DNA from: Candidatus Latescibacterota bacterium
GTDB taxonomy: Bacteria > Latescibacterota > UBA2968 > GCA-2709665
DNA length: 64,000 nucleotides
NCBI GenBank assembly: GCA_965219995.1
Contig: CBDCOX010000002.1
Location: 1,856,001 to 1,920,000, forward strand
Direction: 5' to 3'
In this document: positions 1 to 9,330 of the stretch, in pieces
How positions within the stretch are numbered: the stretch's first letter is position 1
Layout of the letters: each line of letters starts with the position of its first letter
The notes under the pieces: model-generated
Database searches by the model: none
What the model was told of the DNA's origin: nothing
Seen by the model: the letters and a program-made list of their open reading frames with translations, nothing else
Program-made: the position numbers and the translations under genes

Positions 1-392
1 CTTGCCTTGAACCCGTGCGTGGCGTTCTCTTCGCCGACGAAAAGCAGGCCGTTCACGATCAGGTTGTTCCACGTAATCTCGGACTTGCCGTTCGGATGCG
101 GGTATGCCTGTTCGTCGATCGGGTACACCCAGAGATCGGAAGCCGGTTTTCCGTTCGTGAACTTCGAGTAATTGTACTCGACTTCGACAACGGTGCGCTG
201 GCTGGCCACGTAGCTCAAGGTTGCTCCGAATTTGCCGGTCGCGCCCCAGCGTTCGCCGAGCCGATGCATCGGGATGTTGTAATCGGCGATCCCGCCAACC
301 GCCCATCTACCTTCCTGGGCCAATGCGCTGTCTGCAAGACCCGCCGCCGTCAGCGCAAAAACAACCAGAAAAGCGAAACGCACAACTTTCAT
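1..392 (-). CDS. Exported protein, probably an outer-membrane beta-barrel; 3' end runs off the window
   Basis: Not in the ORF track. My translation from ATG 392 is MKVVRFAFLVVFALTAAGLADSALAQEGRWAVGGIADYNIPMHRLGERWGATGKFGATLSYVASQRTVVEVEYNYSKF... It has a Sec signal peptide (ALA-Q), alternating beta-strand patterns and a GGAGGTGAG SD just upstream, and stays open to the window edge. Confidence 0.75.
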   Translation of the reverse strand, partial: MKVVRFAFLVVFALTAAGLADSALAQEGRWAVGGIADYNIPMHRLGERWGATGKFGATLSYVASQRTVVEVEYNYSKFTNGKPASDLWVYPIDEQAYPHPNGKSEITWNNLIVNGLLFVGEENATHGFKA

Positions 393-838
393 CTACTCAC
401 CTCCCTCATGAGAGTGAATGATGCGGAAACTCCCTTCCTCCCGTCCCTTCGTCCCACGTACGATATTTGCGAAGCTGTCTTCTCTTCTTTCGATAGACGA
501 CCTCCTTTCGTTGAACGATCAGCGGCCCGCCCCCCGAATGATCCACATCCGGAACGGAATACCCGCGACGCCGGCGAGTTGAGGGTTTCTCGCCTGATGA
601 CGCCGGTCTTCGCGTTTACGGTTGTGTCAGAAATCGGGGAACTATTCATATGTTGTGATGTCTGAAGTTTATACGGACAACAAAAAAAGGCATAATGCCA
701 GAATCATGAAAGAATCAGGCGATTACACCCCGGCGTCCACCGAACACTGCCCTAAACCATAAATAAGACATATGAATTACCGTTAAAGACTGCAGGTTGA
801 ACGCTGACACACTACGCCGTTTCTTACCGATTCGATAA

Positions 839-878
839 AATTTAGTTGGGCCGGTTGAATTTGTCAAGTTTTTTTTAT
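839..878 (-). promoter_or_regulatory. sigma70-like promoter with an A-tract UP element
   Basis: On the minus strand: A-tract, TTGACA (867-862), 17 nt, TAAATT (844-839). Confidence 0.55.
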
Positions 879-1230
879 CTGCCCGACGTCGAAGAGCTAC
901 TTAGAAAAAATCAGAAACTACAAAACACGCGAAAAAAACGAAAATCCGTGGCTGAAATCAATCGCAACAAGAAGCGCAAGATCTCGATGTTGCACGTCAG
1001 CCTAGCAATGCAATGATTTTCACCATTATGGGTGTCTCAAAGGAGCATGATAACTGTTTCAATGTTCGCGTGGAATCGGACGACGCTACGGAAGCCATCC
1101 GGAAACAGCGACGGCGCGACTGATGAAACACCTCGGGACGTGACTCGCCGGCAATATGCGAAGAGGCGGATCGCAAAGCAACCGCAATCCGCCTCTCAAT
1201 ACAATAACCTTCTACCGTGAACGTCAGGTC

Positions 1231-3642
1231 CTACTTCTCCAGGATCTGAAACCGCCCCTCGCGAACCGTCTGCTGACCGCTCACCAGGTCCTTCACCGTC
1301 ATTTTCACCCGGTAGCGCCCGGGCTTGCCCTTTCGCAGATCCAATTCGACGTAATCGGATTCGTCAGGCGAAGTGCCCACCTGCTGATAGCTCACCGTAA
1401 CCATTTCACCCGACCCCTTACGGGCCAATGTCTTCAGCTTCTTCCGCCCCCGGCGCACCTCGTACCCCACCTCGTACCGGGTGTTTCCGAAGGAATCCCT
1501 CGCCAGGTTGTAAATCTCGAAATACACGTAGACCGGATCGCCGGCACGAAACGCCCTGGACGGCGCCGCGGCAATCTGCCACTTTCCCCGGACCGATTTC
1601 GGGTCGGCGTCCGGGCGCGCCTCGACGACGCGGTACGCCACCTGGAGATCGCTGAGCAGCAACCGCCCGCTGTCGTAGTTGGGTACTTCGACCTCCTGGT
1701 GATATGCCTGCAACCGATTCGTATTCAGCCTGGACATTTGCAACGCAAGCCGATAGGCGCCAGGCGGCGCAGTCAGGTCGACCCGGTCCACCGCGAGCAG
1801 TCCCCTGCCCGTGCCGGCCGCCGATATTCGCACTTCCAGCCGGTCCCGCGTTGTCCGCACCTGTTCCGTCCGGTTTTCGATCAGGGCGATGCGCCGGTCG
1901 AGCGTGGCCGTGGTGTCCCGGTCTCCTTCCACCAGGACGTTGTCCAGCGGCAGTCCCAGATTCAGCTGAAGATCCGCCTCTCCGTTGCGGCCCCGGAACG
2001 TAAGGGCTTCGTAGTAGAACTCCATGGGATCCAGATGCGAAAGATCGTACCGCTCCGGCAGGTCCTTCGAGATTCGCGCGACCCGGGCGCCCGGCGCGAG
2101 GTTGGGCAATCGCGAGATCAGGCTGCGTATGGGACCCTGGCGCTGCATGGCGAGTTCGTTCAGGTCGTACCCGTCGGGAGTGGGCTCCGGAGCGAAGTCG
2201 TAGATGCCGCTGTATAATTCATCCGTAAACACGACTTCGAGGCCGTTCCCGATGTCTGCATAGATCCAGACTTCCCATCCCACCTTCGAGTAGTCCATCG
2301 CCGTGGTCACCGGCTTGTAATACGTAAGCCCCACATCGATTTCTTCAGGGCCCTGCACGGGCTGGTGGCTGGTCCGCCAGTCGGTGTTGGCAAGCGCCCG
2401 TTCGGCCGAACGGTCCGACCGGATGGGGTACACCGGACCGATGAAGTTCATGTTGTGTCCACGTTTTCCGTACAGCTGAAACGCCAGCTTTTCCTGCACG
2501 CGCTGCACGTTGAGCGGCACCTGCGCGTTGATCTGCCGCCAGTTCGACTTCCAGTCCGGTTTTCCGTACCTGACGAACACCCGGCCCCGGGCGTCGAAGG
2601 GCCACTTGATTTCACCGTAAAGGGTCATCGCCCGCCATACCCGCCGGTAGTGCTCCACGCGCCGCATCGCGCCGCCGGAAGTCTGGAACGGGTCGCGCTT
2701 CAGCCAGAACCGCCGCAGGAAGGCTTCCCGTTCTTCATGGGGTGTATCATGAAAGGCCTGTACGTCGTCTGTGCCCGCCACGATGGAGATGTCGTGAAAA
2801 ACCGACCGCGTCTTTGCCGGTTGAAGTGAGATATACTGCTCGAACGCGGCAAGGGCCTCTTCGTGATCGCCCCAGGCGGCCAGGACCTGCGACTCGAGGG
2901 GCAGCCCCCGCCGGGGACCCATCAGTGCCGCCAGCTGCATCACTTCGTCGTATCTGCCGATCTCCAGAAGGTACAGCGCGAAGTCGAATGCGGATTCCTC
3001 GTCGTCCGGGTCGCGCGCCAGGAACTCCTGAAAATACTTGATTGCCTCACTCGAATTCCCCCGCGACAGGTGGTAATCGGCAAGCAGCATGTACGAAGGC
3101 GCATGGTCCGGGTCGTAACGGAGCGCTTCCCGGACCGCGGCCAGAACCTCTTTGTTCTTTCGCAATTTCAAATAGGCACGTCCCATCAGGTGATGGGCAT
3201 CGACGTAGGAGGAGTCGACGTCAATGGCGTGTTGCAAGTTCCTCAGCGCGCGTTTGGGATTGTTCATCAACTCGAGATAGACGCGCCCCAGCCCGTATCG
3301 CGCCGCCACCAGCGTGGAATCCTCCACGAGCGCGTCTCGGAACCGCGCCCTCGCCCGCTGTGCATCCCTCGCCTTCAGATAGAGCATCCCAAGTCGTACG
3401 CGCAGCAGGGCGGGGCTGTGATACCCTTTCAGGGCGCCTTCCAGTTGACCGATTGCCACCCTGATGGAGTCCGGGTGCTCGGACTTCATCGCACGGATGT
3501 AGACCGCGTTCACATCCGCGGGCGAAAGCGCGTCCGCCCGCGCCGACGCCACAGCCCAGACGAAGACGCAGAGAGCCAGGACTGATAGAATCGCCGGCCC
3601 GCGCCGGTATTCGCGGTCGTCTGCCACGTAAAGCATCTTCAC
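1231..3642 (-). CDS. TPR-repeat, GWxTD-domain exported protein
   Basis: Signal-like N-terminus and multiple TPRs. The segment FLRRFWLKRDP...EHYRRV...WPFDARGRVFVRYGKP matches the GWxTD domain core. The C-terminal beta-rich domain contains VYFEIYNL. SD GGAGG precedes the GTG start. Confidence 0.85.
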   Translation of the reverse strand: MKMLYVADDREYRRGPAILSVLALCVFVWAVASARADALSPADVNAVYIRAMKSEHPDSIRVAIGQLEGALKGYHSPALLRVRLGMLYLKARDAQRARARFRDALVEDSTLVAARYGLGRVYLELMNNPKRALRNLQHAIDVDSSYVDAHHLMGRAYLKLRKNKEVLAAVREALRYDPDHAPSYMLLADYHLSRGNSSEAIKYFQEFLARDPDDEESAFDFALYLLEIGRYDEVMQLAALMGPRRGLPLESQVLAAWGDHEEALAAFEQYISLQPAKTRSVFHDISIVAGTDDVQAFHDTPHEEREAFLRRFWLKRDPFQTSGGAMRRVEHYRRVWRAMTLYGEIKWPFDARGRVFVRYGKPDWKSNWRQINAQVPLNVQRVQEKLAFQLYGKRGHNMNFIGPVYPIRSDRSAERALANTDWRTSHQPVQGPEEIDVGLTYYKPVTTAMDYSKVGWEVWIYADIGNGLEVVFTDELYSGIYDFAPEPTPDGYDLNELAMQRQGPIRSLISRLPNLAPGARVARISKDLPERYDLSHLDPMEFYYEALTFRGRNGEADLQLNLGLPLDNVLVEGDRDTTATLDRRIALIENRTEQVRTTRDRLEVRISAAGTGRGLLAVDRVDLTAPPGAYRLALQMSRLNTNRLQAYHQEVEVPNYDSGRLLLSDLQVAYRVVEARPDADPKSVRGKWQIAAAPSRAFRAGDPVYVYFEIYNLARDSFGNTRYEVGYEVRRGRKKLKTLARKGSGEMVTVSYQQVGTSPDESDYVELDLRKGKPGRYRVKMTVKDLVSGQQTVREGRFQILEK

Positions 3643-3903
3643 AATCCTCCTGCGTCAACTACATATCTATTGGGCATATGATAAATGCGTTTTCGAAACG
3701 TCCGGCTCCACAACATCGTGGACGTTGCAGGCCGACCGAACGACTTTCGGACCCCTCCGTCGCACCCGCGTCGACACCGCGGCGGGCGCCACGGAAGCGC
3801 CGGCGGATGGAATTCCTGTCCACGTCTGCCATTTCAACGAACCAGCGCCTGAAAAGATCACATGAATTTACGAAATCTCAGACAGATCGCAAATGACGTC
3901 GAC

Positions 3904-3936
3904 AAAAAGCCCCCGGAAGTCATCCGAAGGCTTTTC
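3904..3936 (-). terminator. Probable intrinsic terminator after the DUF3179 gene
   Basis: Imperfect hairpin AAAAAGCC-CC-CGGA-AGTCA-TCCG-AA-GGCTTTT with T-tracts on both strands. Confidence 0.5.
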
Positions 3937-3976
3937 GCTGGTACGTATATCCATCCGGCCGCGGCAGATTCCCGAT

Positions 3977-5191
3977 TCAGTGAATGCCGATGTTCTGCCA
4001 GAACGTGCCCCATGCGAACCAGAAACCGTTGTGCGACGGCAATTGCGTCAGCTTCCTGCCCTGGTGCGTGCCGGCGACGCCCTCTCCCTTCAGGTTCCAG
4101 GTGGTTCCGGTCTCCTGATCTCTCAGCAGGAACGGATAGGCGGGCAGCGTCGAATTCACCCGCTCGAACGTGAGCGTGGCTGCCTGGCCGTTCACGCTGA
4201 TTTCCCGCGAAAACGGAATGGCCAACTGCGCATTCCGGTAGTAGACCACCAGAACGGAATGCTGCCTCGGGCCTTCGTCGATGACGTCGTTGATAACGTC
4301 TTCGGCATGCATGGCCTCGAAGGGATAGGCCTTGACCATCTCGCCGAAACGGACGCCCATCGCCAGGTCCTTTGCACCGAACAGGGCAGACGTGGCTGTG
4401 TTCATCGCGGGAAATATAAAATAACCGTTCGCCGTCCGGTAGTCCCCCGCGGTCCGGTCAATGTATGGATACTCGGTGTATTTGCTGATGGGATAGCTGG
4501 TCGAGTTCCCGTCGATGACCCTGGTATCGGGGTGGATCCGCTTCCAGTATTCCCACGTGCATTCGGTCATCGGCAGCAGTTCCAGTTCCTCGCCCTGCCG
4601 CGGGCCCAGTACCGCCTTGTAGATCATCTGCGGGTAAAGCGACTGCCTGTCCCGACGGTCGTACATGATCAGGTTGTTGTTGAAGAGCAGACCCGACACC
4701 CCCACGTGTATCCGTTCGCCATCGGCGGCGACGCCGTTGAAGACCATCCCGGTGCCGGTCAGGGGGCAGAGCGTCACGATGACGCTTTCATCGCCCGCCG
4801 TATCGTTGATGACCTCGTGCCACCAGCCGATATTGTGCGGATAGGCCCTGGGCTCTCCGTTGATCACAATCCCCATGACGATATCGTCGTCGCGCAGATA
4901 ACCCGCTCCCGAAGCGCCGGCGCTGACGAAATCGGGATCGGTCACCGCGGGAATGCAATCCGCGCCGGCGCACCCGGAGACAATCGCGTCGGTCGGAAAT
5001 GAAGCCACGTCCAGGTAGTTGCCGCCGGCCCTCGGGGGGCGCGCATGCTCGCTGCGGCTGCCCGATGAAGACGACCCGCCCGTGTTCGTACCCGGCTCGC
5101 CGCCGGTGGGTCCTGTCGTGTCTCCGCCGCCGTTCCCGCACGCGGCGAACGCAAGAGCGACGATCAGGGGTAACGAAAAGAGACGGTTCAT
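3977..5191 (-). CDS. DUF3179-family lipoprotein
   Basis: Start reassigned to ATG 5191 (SD GGAGG; lipobox LAFAAC followed by a G/S/T linker). Motifs DCIPA, RAYP...WHEVIND, TLCPLTGTG, GVSGLLFNNNLIMYDR and FWFAW are characteristic of DUF3179. Confidence 0.85.
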   Translation of the reverse strand: MNRLFSLPLIVALAFAACGNGGGDTTGPTGGEPGTNTGGSSSSGSRSEHARPPRAGGNYLDVASFPTDAIVSGCAGADCIPAVTDPDFVSAGASGAGYLRDDDIVMGIVINGEPRAYPHNIGWWHEVINDTAGDESVIVTLCPLTGTGMVFNGVAADGERIHVGVSGLLFNNNLIMYDRRDRQSLYPQMIYKAVLGPRQGEELELLPMTECTWEYWKRIHPDTRVIDGNSTSYPISKYTEYPYIDRTAGDYRTANGYFIFPAMNTATSALFGAKDLAMGVRFGEMVKAYPFEAMHAEDVINDVIDEGPRQHSVLVVYYRNAQLAIPFSREISVNGQAATLTFERVNSTLPAYPFLLRDQETGTTWNLKGEGVAGTHQGRKLTQLPSHNGFWFAWGTFWQNIGIH

Positions 5192-5316
5192 TCCGGGCCT
5201 CCGTCGGGTCGCGCAAAGGACTCGAGCGTTTAGATCGAACAGATACGATTCCAACTTCCCCGAATAATATACCCGGTACCGGGTGAAATGTAAACAGTAC
5301 AAAATTCCCGCGTTCC

Positions 5317-5345
5317 TTGACTAAATTTCATATTCAATATATTTT
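5317..5345 (+). promoter_or_regulatory. sigma70-like promoter for the 5411 gene
   Basis: TTGACT-17 nt-TATTTT in an AT-rich divergent intergenic region. A 14-bp palindrome ACCCGGTACCGGGT lies at 5271-5284. Confidence 0.5.
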
Positions 5346-5410
5346 ACCCACGCCCGGGACAGAACCGTCGTCCGGTGACCACTCTTTGAATCTAACGACA
5401 TTCCCGCCAG

Positions 5411-7402
5411 ATGGCACTCCCAAAACCGCAAACAACTTCGCTTGAATCAGAGAGCGGACTCCAGGACCGGGGAATCACGCTCCGTTCCGTGGGGATGGGC
5501 GTGCTCGTTTCAGCCCTGACCAGCGGCTGGGTCGCCTATTCCCGGACGGCCGCGGATACATCGTCGGTCAATATCACCCACCTGCCCGTTTCCTTTCTCG
5601 GCGTCTTCCTCGTTGTCCTCACGATCAACCTGATCCTCCGCACGCGGCCCGGCGCCACAGGTCTGGGCCCTTCCGAGATGCTTGTGATCATTGCCATGGG
5701 CCTCGTCGCCGCGATGATCCCGGCGCGCGGGCTTACCGGCATCTGGCTGGGACTGATGGCCGTCCCGTACTACCGAAGCACCCCTGAAAACGGCTGGATC
5801 GACTATATCCAGCCCCATCTTCCGGACTATCTCTTCCCGACCAACGACGGCCGGCAGACGTCTTTGCTCTACGAGGGTCTGCCGCCGGGTGCGGACATTC
5901 CCTGGAACGTCTGGTACCTGCCGCTGTTCTGGTGGCTCACGCTCATTCTGGCGGGATTTACCGTTTGCGCGTGCATTGCTGCGATCCTCCGAAAACAGTG
6001 GGTCGAATACGAACGGCTCGACTACCCCCTCCTTGCGCCGATTCTGGAGACCATCGACGACGTCCGCGACCCTTCCGGAAAGAACAAATGGCCGGACTAC
6101 TTCAAGGGCCGCCTCTTCTGGATCGGATTCGGGATCGCCTTCGGCATCATCGGCTGGAACATGATCTCCTATTTCCAGCCCACGTGGCCACGCATCAGCA
6201 TGAGCCCGAACAAGGGCCTGTTCTACTTCGCACGGGTCTTTCCGCCCCTGCTCACCCACATCAATACGTACACGATCGGCTTCGGTTATTTCGTGAAGCT
6301 GGAAATCCTCTTCTCCATCTGGTTCTTCCACTTCCTGCTGATGTCCGAGATCGCCCTGATCAGAAAAACCGGCTTTCAGTTCGGCCGTATGCACAAGTCC
6401 GGCGGCGGATGGGGCGATCCGCTCGTACAGTGGCAGTGCCTGGGCGCGCTCTTCGTCTTCGTCGCGTGGGGTTTCTGGTCCGCGCGGCACCATCTGCGGG
6501 ACGTGTTCCGCAAGGCGTTCTTCAACGACCGCGGCGTGGATGACTCCAACGAGATTCTCTCGTACCGAACGGCCGTCATCGGGTTTATCGCGGGCAATCT
6601 CTACATTGTCGCCTGGCTGCACCAGGCAGGTATCGAACTCGCGTTGATGGCCATCACCGTTCCGGCGTCGATCATCATCTACATCGCGCTTGCGAGATTC
6701 GTGTGCGAGTCCGGCACCCTGTACCTGGGGCTGCCCACCAGCCCCCTGGATATGGGCTATCAGATCCTGGGCACCGAGACCATTTCCGCAAGGGTCCTGA
6801 CCGCATCGGCCACGTCGCACGCGCTCCGGTGGATGTATTTCATGCCGGCGCTTTCCCAGGGAGTCAAGGCCATCGACCGCGCGCGGGGCAACCGACGCAT
6901 GTTGTTCTGGGCCGTGCTGGGCGGTCTCCTCACCGCGTTGGCCGTGAACATCTGGATGGTGCTCTATCTCGGATACAAATACGGAGCATTCAACTTCACG
7001 GAATATCCCTTCACGAGGTATGCGCCCCGCCTTTACGACGCCGTTGTGTCGAACATAAAGTCGCCGGAACCGGCCTCGTGGGAACGTCTCGTGCTGTTCG
7101 GATTCGGCGGACTCATCATGGCCGCGCTCACGCTCTTGCGATACCGTCTGCCCTGGTGGCCGCTGCACCCCGTGGGATTCATCGTCACCACGACCAGCCT
7201 GCTGCACGAAATCACCGCCATCCTCATCGTCTGGCTCTTCAAGGCCATCGTCATGCGCGTGGGCGGCGTGGGGCTTTACCGCTATTTCCTTCCCCTCTTC
7301 TTCGGAATCATCGTCGGCCGGGCCACGGGGGTCCTGGTCTCCTTTCTCGTGGACCTGATCTGGTTTCCCGGAGGTGGCCACCACGTCCATGGATGGGCGT
7401 AG
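5411..7402 (+). CDS. DUF6785/DUF6784-type polytopic membrane protein (putative transporter)
   Basis: Many hydrophobic segments. Motifs RKQWVEYERLDYPL and RYRLPWWPLHPVGF...YRYFLPLFFGII are typical of this family. Confidence 0.75.
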   Translation: MALPKPQTTSLESESGLQDRGITLRSVGMGVLVSALTSGWVAYSRTAADTSSVNITHLPVSFLGVFLVVLTINLILRTRPGATGLGPSEMLVIIAMGLVAAMIPARGLTGIWLGLMAVPYYRSTPENGWIDYIQPHLPDYLFPTNDGRQTSLLYEGLPPGADIPWNVWYLPLFWWLTLILAGFTVCACIAAILRKQWVEYERLDYPLLAPILETIDDVRDPSGKNKWPDYFKGRLFWIGFGIAFGIIGWNMISYFQPTWPRISMSPNKGLFYFARVFPPLLTHINTYTIGFGYFVKLEILFSIWFFHFLLMSEIALIRKTGFQFGRMHKSGGGWGDPLVQWQCLGALFVFVAWGFWSARHHLRDVFRKAFFNDRGVDDSNEILSYRTAVIGFIAGNLYIVAWLHQAGIELALMAITVPASIIIYIALARFVCESGTLYLGLPTSPLDMGYQILGTETISARVLTASATSHALRWMYFMPALSQGVKAIDRARGNRRMLFWAVLGGLLTALAVNIWMVLYLGYKYGAFNFTEYPFTRYAPRLYDAVVSNIKSPEPASWERLVLFGFGGLIMAALTLLRYRLPWWPLHPVGFIVTTTSLLHEITAILIVWLFKAIVMRVGGVGLYRYFLPLFFGIIVGRATGVLVSFLVDLIWFPGGGHHVHGWA

Positions 7403-7500
7403 GCTGACTCGCCGTTTACATACGCTTCCTTGACAGGTATCCTCGTTTCCGCGTTATTTTTCACCGAATAAATGCCGGGACGCCTCTGGAGGTTCTGCCC

Positions 7501-9273
7501 ATGAAAAAATGCGTCTTGTTTTCCTTTGCATTAGCCGTCGCGGTTTATACGCCCGCTGCCGCACAGAACGGCACGCGCCTTGATGATTTCCCGCACGAGG
7601 TCAGCCGTCTCGACGAGATGGGCGGGCTGCCCGGCGCCGCGATGTTCGACTACGACAATGACGGCGACCTGGACATCTACGTGGCAAACGGTCATCGCTT
7701 TCGCAATTACCTGCTCGAAAACGACGGAGACGGGAATTTCAAAGACGTCGGCAGGGAGGCTGGCGTGGCTGTATCGGAAGAAACCCACGGCGTGGGCAGT
7801 GCCGATATCGACAATGACGGGTACGCAGACCTCTTCGTGGCCACGGACGGCAGGAATTATCTCTTCCTCAACAACGGCGACGGGACATTCGACGACATAA
7901 CCGAGTCCGCGGGTATCGTCTCCCGCTACTTCTCGTCCACGGTCGCCTTTGCCGATATCGACAATGACGGGTACGTGGACATCTACGTGGGCGGCGCGGG
8001 TGGCGAAGATGGCGTGGAAATGAACAGAATCGTGGGCACGGGAGAACTCTATCTCAACAACGGCGATCTCACGTTCAAAGACATTACCGATGAAACCGGC
8101 ACCGAAGCGACCTACACCTGGTCGGTCCGCTTCTGCGACTACGACGACGACGGCGACCCGGACCTGTTCACCGCCAACGACCAGGGGATTGCACTGGCGG
8201 GAGAATGGTCGCCCATCCGGCTTCACAGGAACGACGGCAACCTGAGATTCACCGACGTCACCCGGGAGGCCGGCCTGGGCATTACCGGAAGCTGGATGGG
8301 GCTCGCGTTCGGAGACTACGACCTGGACGGCGACTTCGATCTATTCGCCACCAACGTGGGCGGCTCTTTCGTCGACAAGAAGGGACACCAGGAATACGAT
8401 CTGCACGGGTTCTTCCGGAACGACGGTGGCGTTTTCAGGAATATCGCCGAGGAACTGGAGGTCGCACAGAATCTCACATTGGCCAAACTGCACTTCGGCT
8501 GGGGCACCGTCTTTACGGATTTCGACAACGACGGCGACCTGGACCTGTATTTCGTGGGCAACTTCGATATGCTCGAGGCATATAGCAATCCGGGCTACCT
8601 CCTCATCAACGACGGGGCAGGCGCATTCGCCGACTCTACGGCATCATACGGACTGAAAACGCTCAATGCATTTGGCCAGCCGACCATCGCGGTTGGCGTC
8701 GCGACCGGCGACGTCAACAACGACGGCCACGTGGATATTTTCGTCGCCAACGCAGGAACGGACGAAGAGACTGGTTACCCGTTGTTATTTACGGAAAAAT
8801 TCGATGACAACAACTGGATTCGCCTGAAACTCGAAGGCACCGAAAGCAACCGGTCGGCCATCGGCGCCAGGATCCGGCTTACGGCCGGCGGGAAGACCCA
8901 GATCAGCGACGTGGCCAGCGGAGGCAGCAGTTTCTCCCAGAACAGCCTTTGGCCCACCTTCGGCATCGGCGAGAGTACGGTGGTCGACGCCATTGAAATC
9001 CGATGGCCCAGCGGGATCGTCCAGACATTCGAGGACGTCGAGCCCAACCAGACGCTGGAGATCCTGGAGGAGCGTCCGCCGCCCGTCGTCGTCTACGCAG
9101 ATCCCCGGGCCGATTTCAACGGGGACGGCAGCGTCGATTTCGGCGATTTCATAGCCATAGCCAGTGCGTTCAATACAGATGCTTCAACCTACGATCTGAA
9201 CGGGAACGGCGTGGTTGACTTCGGCGATTTCATCGAATTCGCGAAGTCGTTCGGCCGTCCGTTACCTACATAA
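7501..9273 (+). CDS. CRTAC1/ASPIC-UnbV protein with FG-GAP (VCBS-like) repeats and a C-terminal dockerin/EF-hand-like domain
   Basis: Signal peptide and about 7 D-x-D-N-D-G-x-x-D repeats. ASPIC motif NWIRLKLEG..SNRSAIGARI...FGIG...IRWPSG. C-terminal DFNGDGSVDFGDF and DLNGNGVVDFGDF. Confidence 0.88.
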   Translation: MKKCVLFSFALAVAVYTPAAAQNGTRLDDFPHEVSRLDEMGGLPGAAMFDYDNDGDLDIYVANGHRFRNYLLENDGDGNFKDVGREAGVAVSEETHGVGSADIDNDGYADLFVATDGRNYLFLNNGDGTFDDITESAGIVSRYFSSTVAFADIDNDGYVDIYVGGAGGEDGVEMNRIVGTGELYLNNGDLTFKDITDETGTEATYTWSVRFCDYDDDGDPDLFTANDQGIALAGEWSPIRLHRNDGNLRFTDVTREAGLGITGSWMGLAFGDYDLDGDFDLFATNVGGSFVDKKGHQEYDLHGFFRNDGGVFRNIAEELEVAQNLTLAKLHFGWGTVFTDFDNDGDLDLYFVGNFDMLEAYSNPGYLLINDGAGAFADSTASYGLKTLNAFGQPTIAVGVATGDVNNDGHVDIFVANAGTDEETGYPLLFTEKFDDNNWIRLKLEGTESNRSAIGARIRLTAGGKTQISDVASGGSSFSQNSLWPTFGIGESTVVDAIEIRWPSGIVQTFEDVEPNQTLEILEERPPPVVVYADPRADFNGDGSVDFGDFIAIASAFNTDASTYDLNGNGVVDFGDFIEFAKSFGRPLPT

Positions 9274-9300
9274 AGAAGCCCGGCGGGTGTTCCGCCGGGC
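9272..9300. terminator. Hairpin between convergent genes
   Basis: GCCCGGCGG-GTGTT-CCGCCGGGC; a TTCTTT tail follows on the minus strand. Confidence 0.6.
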
Positions 9301-9330
9301 CCGGTCCTCGTCTGATCACGCATCGGGCGT

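Noticed and set aside
3977-3979. TGA at the end of DUF3179 as possible selenocysteine
   Set aside because: It falls right after the family's normal C-terminal FWFAW motif and is followed by a terminator, so it is a true stop.
5510-7390. 626-aa antisense ORF, and similar long ORFs at 1156-2217, 11188-12723, 25375-27186, 36167-37951, 41447-42805 and 50326-51681
   Set aside because: These are shadow ORFs opposite well-supported genes. They are expected in high-GC DNA and have no recognisable motifs.
7800-7975. Exact 26-bp direct repeat TGCCGATATCGACAATGACGGGTACG, 150 bp apart
   Set aside because: It encodes two FG-GAP repeats (ADIDNDGY) within the ASPIC gene. There are only two copies, so it is not a CRISPR array or an att site.
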